A stretch of DNA of 32,000 bases, taken from the NCBI RefSeq assembly GCF_000185985.2, contig NC_014909.2, positions 330,001 to 362,000 of the forward strand, in the 5' to 3' direction. Both the position numbers and the translations under genes were made by a program. This stretch comes from Candidatus Saccharimonadota bacterium (GTDB lineage: Bacteria; Pseudomonadota; Gammaproteobacteria; Enterobacterales; Enterobacteriaceae). The notes beneath the pieces are model-generated. The model had not been told where the DNA came from. It worked only from the letters and a program-made list of their open reading frames with translations, and made no database searches. The first letter of the stretch is position 1, and each line of letters starts with the position of its first letter. This document shows, piece by piece, positions 28,171 to 32,000 of the stretch.

Positions 28171-29721
28171 TCAAAATTTTTTAAAAAACATATTTTTAAT
28201 GAATAAAATTGAATATGTTGTATATATTATTACAATTATTATAAATAACCACCACGTCCCGAATCGTGCATATGGAGTAAGCCCTGTAGTTGGAATTACT
28301 TTTTCGGTAAGTGTAGTAGAAATGAATTGGGAAACTTGAGCTTCAATTGATCCATCTGCTAAAATAATAGCAGTTACTCCATTATTAGTGCAACATAATA
28401 TAGGGCGTCCTAATTCTATGGCCCGCATACGTATCATTTGAAAATGTTGCCAAGGTCCTATAGAGCATCCAAACCATGCATCATTAGCAATAACTAATAA
28501 AAAATCACTATTAAATTTAAAATTATCTCGTATTTGGTTTCCTAAAATTATTTCATAACAAATAGCAGCTGTGATTTTTACATTTATGGCATTTAATTGT
28601 GGTTGTAGGTAACAACCACTTTTCATAAAAACAATAGGTATTTTTAGGTATTGAAATAAAGGTTCAAAAAAAGTTTGTAATGGAAATTTTTCAGCACATA
28701 AAACTAAATGATGCTTATTGTATCTATTATGATTTTCATAAGTATAAGGTATAGTATCTCCTAATACTATAATACTATTATAGTGATAGTATTTATTTTT
28801 TTTAGTATCAAATTTTCTATTAATAATTCCCGTAATTAAACAAGTATTACTTTTTTTTAATTGATGATCTAGTAAAGTTAAGAATTTATTATGAAATAAT
28901 TCATGGCCAAGAATAGCTGATTCTGGCCATATGATAATTTTTGATTTTCCAATTAAAGGCAATGTATGTTTTAAATATGTTTGTAATACTAATGCAATAT
29001 TATGTGCATTATACTCTAAATGTTGATCGATATTACCTTGTACTAAGGAAATAGTTGTGATTCGTTTAGGATCTAAGTGATACCATTGAATCCATGTTAA
29101 TGGATATAAAAACATTAATGTCATTAAAAATAAAAAAAATGGAAATAATTGTATTGTTTTTATACTTAATGCAAGTAATGCACTAATAAATACCAAAATG
29201 AATGTTATACCTTCTACACCTAAAATAGGAGCTATTCCTTTCATTGGCCCATCAATTTGAGTATACCCGAATTGTAACCAAGGGAATCCAGTACAAATAT
29301 ATCCTCGTAAACGTTCAATAATTGACCATAATGTCGCTGTAGCAATAACCAACGAGATCCATTTAGTTGTTATTGTTTGCAATATAACAAACAAGATAGA
29401 AAATAACATAGGGAAAAGAGTTAAATATATTATTAGTATAAAAATCAATAAAAAACTTATAACTGTATTAACATTAAAATATTGAGAAATACCAATATAA
29501 ACCCAATATAATCCACTTCCAAAAAAACCTAGTCCCCATAAAAATGTGTTACGTACAGCTTTCGTCCAAGAAACATCTAAAATTATAGTAAATAATCCAG
29601 TTAAGGAAATAATACTAGCTGGCCAGAAATCATATGGAGAGAATGCCAAAATACCAAACATACCTAAGATTAATGCCAAAACTAATTGTATATGTTTATA
29701 CTGAAAATTTAAAATTGACAT
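28171..29721 (-). CDS. lnt: Apolipoprotein N-acyltransferase
   Basis: 516 aa (E. coli Lnt is 512 aa). It has an N-terminal polytopic membrane domain and a C-terminal CN-hydrolase domain with the catalytic Cys context AAICYEI and the WPES block. Confidence 0.92.
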   Translation of the reverse strand: MSILNFQYKHIQLVLALILGMFGILAFSPYDFWPASIISLTGLFTIILDVSWTKAVRNTFLWGLGFFGSGLYWVYIGISQYFNVNTVISFLLIFILIIYLTLFPMLFSILFVILQTITTKWISLVIATATLWSIIERLRGYICTGFPWLQFGYTQIDGPMKGIAPILGVEGITFILVFISALLALSIKTIQLFPFFLFLMTLMFLYPLTWIQWYHLDPKRITTISLVQGNIDQHLEYNAHNIALVLQTYLKHTLPLIGKSKIIIWPESAILGHELFHNKFLTLLDHQLKKSNTCLITGIINRKFDTKKNKYYHYNSIIVLGDTIPYTYENHNRYNKHHLVLCAEKFPLQTFFEPLFQYLKIPIVFMKSGCYLQPQLNAINVKITAAICYEIILGNQIRDNFKFNSDFLLVIANDAWFGCSIGPWQHFQMIRMRAIELGRPILCCTNNGVTAIILADGSIEAQVSQFISTTLTEKVIPTTGLTPYARFGTWWLFIIIVIIYTTYSILFIKNMFFKKF

Positions 29722-29747
29722 TAAGTATTTTATATATTGATAAAAAT

Positions 29748-30626
29748 TTATTTATTAGACAAATATAATGTATTTTTAGGAATTTGTACTAATAATTGAG
29801 TAATACGATGATTATCTGTAACTGTAACTTTAAAAGTATAACCTGAAATATTAATAATTTCTCCGTTTGCAGGTAAATGCCCAAAAGATTGCATAACAAA
29901 CCCGCCTATAGTATCTATTTCGTCGTTATAAAAACATGAATTAAATATTTTATTAAAATCATCAACAGTAGTTAATGCTTTTACTAAAAAGGTATGCTCA
30001 TTTATTTGATAAATATCGCGATCATTTTTATGATCATATTCATCCTCAATTTCACCTACAATTAATTCTAATATATTTTCAATGGTAATAATTCCAGACA
30101 TGCTTCCAAATTCATCAATTATAATTGCCATATGACATCGTTTTGCCCGAAATTCCTTTAACATCCTATCGACACCTTTATTTTCTGGAACTACCATAGC
30201 TGGACGTAAAATTTGATTAATATCACATGCTTGAGATTTATTTAATATAAAAGGCAATAAATCTTTAGCAATGAGAATACCTTTAATTTGTTCTAGATTT
30301 CCATTTAATACTGGAAATCTAGAATGAGTAGATTTTATAATTATAGATAATTGTTCATCCCAAGATTGTGTATCTTTTAAAAAGACAATTTGAGATCTAG
30401 GTACCATGATATCTCTAACCTTTTGTTCAACAATTTCCATTACACCTTCTAACATGTTTTTTGTATCTGAATCAATTAATGAGTTTTCTTCAAAATCACG
30501 TATCAAATTTAATAAATCATTCCTATTTTTAAAATTATCTCGAAATAAATGACGTAATAGTACGGCAAAAAAATTTTTTTTCCGGATTGAATTAACGCTT
30601 TCCTCCATATTAGTATTATTATTCAT
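29748..30626 (-). CDS. corC: Magnesium/cobalt efflux-associated protein CorC (YbeX), CBS-pair plus CorC/HlyC domain
   Basis: 292 aa, the same length as E. coli CorC. Conserved blocks include [37 protein letters not shown] and a C-terminal transporter-associated domain. It lies between ybeY and lnt as in E. coli. Confidence 0.9.
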   Translation of the reverse strand: MNNNTNMEESVNSIRKKNFFAVLLRHLFRDNFKNRNDLLNLIRDFEENSLIDSDTKNMLEGVMEIVEQKVRDIMVPRSQIVFLKDTQSWDEQLSIIIKSTHSRFPVLNGNLEQIKGILIAKDLLPFILNKSQACDINQILRPAMVVPENKGVDRMLKEFRAKRCHMAIIIDEFGSMSGIITIENILELIVGEIEDEYDHKNDRDIYQINEHTFLVKALTTVDDFNKIFNSCFYNDEIDTIGGFVMQSFGHLPANGEIINISGYTFKVTVTDNHRITQLLVQIPKNTLYLSNK

Positions 30627-30679
30627 AATGTTATTTATATATTTTTGATTTGATTATATGTGATGAATTTATATAATTT

Positions 30680-31147
30680 TTAATTAAAAAAATAATAATT
30701 GTGATATCCAAATTTTTGCATTATATTTAATTCCATCTGATGCATTAATTCAGCATCTTTGTTTAAAATATGATCATACCCCAATAAATGTAATGAGCCA
30801 TGAATGATCATATGAGCCCAATGCATAATAGAAGATATATTATATTGTTTCGATTCATATTCTATAATTTGCTTACAAATTACAATATCTCCTAATAGGG
30901 AAGATAATATTCCTTTTAATGGTGTTTTAAACGGAAAAGACAACACATTTGTCGGATGTTTTTTTCCTGCATAATACCAATTCAAATACAACATTTCTTG
31001 TATATCTACTATTCTAATAGTTAACTCTATTTTTTTATTGTACAGAAAAAAAATTTTTTTTATCCATTTTTGAAATATCTTTTTATTAGGTATGCCATAT
31101 AAATTTGTACATGCTATTTGTAAATTAAGAGTAATTTTATTAGCCAT
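30680..31147 (-). CDS. ybeY: Endoribonuclease YbeY (16S rRNA 3'-end maturation)
   Basis: 155 aa with the zinc-binding motif HGSLHLLGYDH and a PTNVLSFPF block. Confidence 0.93.
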   Translation of the reverse strand: MANKITLNLQIACTNLYGIPNKKIFQKWIKKIFFLYNKKIELTIRIVDIQEMLYLNWYYAGKKHPTNVLSFPFKTPLKGILSSLLGDIVICKQIIEYESKQYNISSIMHWAHMIIHGSLHLLGYDHILNKDAELMHQMELNIMQKFGYHNYYFFN

Positions 31148-31186
31148 ATTAATGGTTCCTTTAAATTTAAATATATAAAATTTATA

Positions 31187-32000
31187 TTAATCACAAGATT
31201 CGTAAGCGTCTATAATTTTAGTCACGATTGCGTGACGTACTGAATCTGATTTATTAAAAAAATTGAAACTAATATCTTTAATTACAGATAATATTTTAAT
31301 AGCATGAGCTAAACCTGATTCTTGATATGATGGTAAATCGACTTGAGTAATATCTCCAGTGATTATTGCTTTAGAATTAAAACCAATTCGTGTTAAAAAC
31401 ATTTTCATTTGTGTGATAGTTGTATTTTGACTTTCATCTAAAATAACAATAGCGTTATTTAATGTGCGTCCACGCATATATGCCAATGGAATTACTTCAA
31501 TGGTGTTTTTTTGTATTAATTGATCCATTTCTTTATATCCCAATACGTCACCTAATGCGTCATACAACGGACGTATATAAGGATCTGTTTTTTGATTAAA
31601 ATCTCCAGGTAAAAAACCTAGTTTTTCCCCAGCTTCAATAGCAGGACGACTTAAAATAATGTGTTGATTTTTTTTACGTTCTAATAAATCTATTGCTATA
31701 GCTATTGCTAAATATGTTTTTCCAGTACCTGAAGGGCCTATTCCAAATGTAATATCATGGTTGAAAATATTAGCAATATATCGAGCTTGATTTAAAGTAC
31801 GAGGCTTAATGATTCTATGTTTCAGAGTGATTTGCATTTGTATTGAGATAAAATTATTTTTTATGTTTGTTAAATAATTTGGTTGTTGTGTTAGTGCTTG
31901 AATATATTGAATAGCAAAAGATACTTGGTCAGGATTAATATCATTAATTGCTCCATGAATAGATATTGTATTTTCGTATAACAAAATTAAAGTTTTTATG
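31187..32000 (-). CDS. ybeZ: PhoH-like ATPase YbeZ, C-terminal ~270 codons; the 5' end lies beyond the window edge
   Basis: Walker A GPSGTGKTYLA is present, and it is highly similar to E. coli YbeZ (LSRPAVEAGEKLGFLPGD...PLAYMRGRTLN.A..ILDE.QNTT..QMKMFLTRIGFNSKA.ITGD.TQ.DLP). The ORF-track start at 31984 is only a TTG. The frame stays open upstream to position 32000, and E. coli YbeZ has about 80 more N-terminal residues. Confidence 0.93.
   Translation of the reverse strand, partial: IKTLILLYENTISIHGAINDINPDQVSFAIQYIQALTQQPNYLTNIKNNFISIQMQITLKHRIIKPRTLNQARYIANIFNHDITFGIGPSGTGKTYLAIAIAIDLLERKKNQHIILSRPAIEAGEKLGFLPGDFNQKTDPYIRPLYDALGDVLGYKEMDQLIQKNTIEVIPLAYMRGRTLNNAIVILDESQNTTITQMKMFLTRIGFNSKAIITGDITQVDLPSYQESGLAHAIKILSVIKDISFNFFNKSDSVRHAIVTKIIDAYESCD

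Overview
This is a very AT-rich, gene-dense window with 26 protein-coding genes and one tRNA. All are core housekeeping functions, and the proteins align essentially end to end with the E. coli K-12 orthologues as I remember them. The layout is: accC<-accB<-aroQ (minus strand); mreB-mreC-mreD; tldD-pmbA; lon; apt-dnaX; adk; lpxH (minus); cysS; folD (minus); tRNA-Arg(UCU); a DMT-family transporter. A single long minus-strand block follows, transcribed ybeZ-ybeY-corC-lnt-leuS-lptE-holA-rsfS-mrdA-rodA. Long gene-free AT-only spacers, neighbours missing relative to E. coli, and many in-frame poly(A) runs point to a reduced-genome obligate endosymbiont derived from Enterobacterales. It looks Blochmannia-like, but the identity cannot be fixed without a database search. 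I see no mobile element, CRISPR array, prophage, toxin-antitoxin or defence locus, and no large unexplained ORF. I therefore do not think this window hides a novel multi-gene system. Four things are unusual at the sequence level. (1) dnaX is interrupted at an A10 run. The tau C-terminal domain continues in the +1 frame, and the frame is open right from the run. A second A9 run just after domain III gives an immediate -1-frame stop. (2) A perfect 66-bp-arm inverted repeat begins 24 nt inside the 3' end of lon. (3) A perfect 44-bp palindrome spans the tldD stop codon, and a smaller hairpin spans the pmbA stop codon. (4) A sigma32-type heat-shock promoter upstream of lon is conserved with the E. 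coli lon promoter in sequence and spacing.
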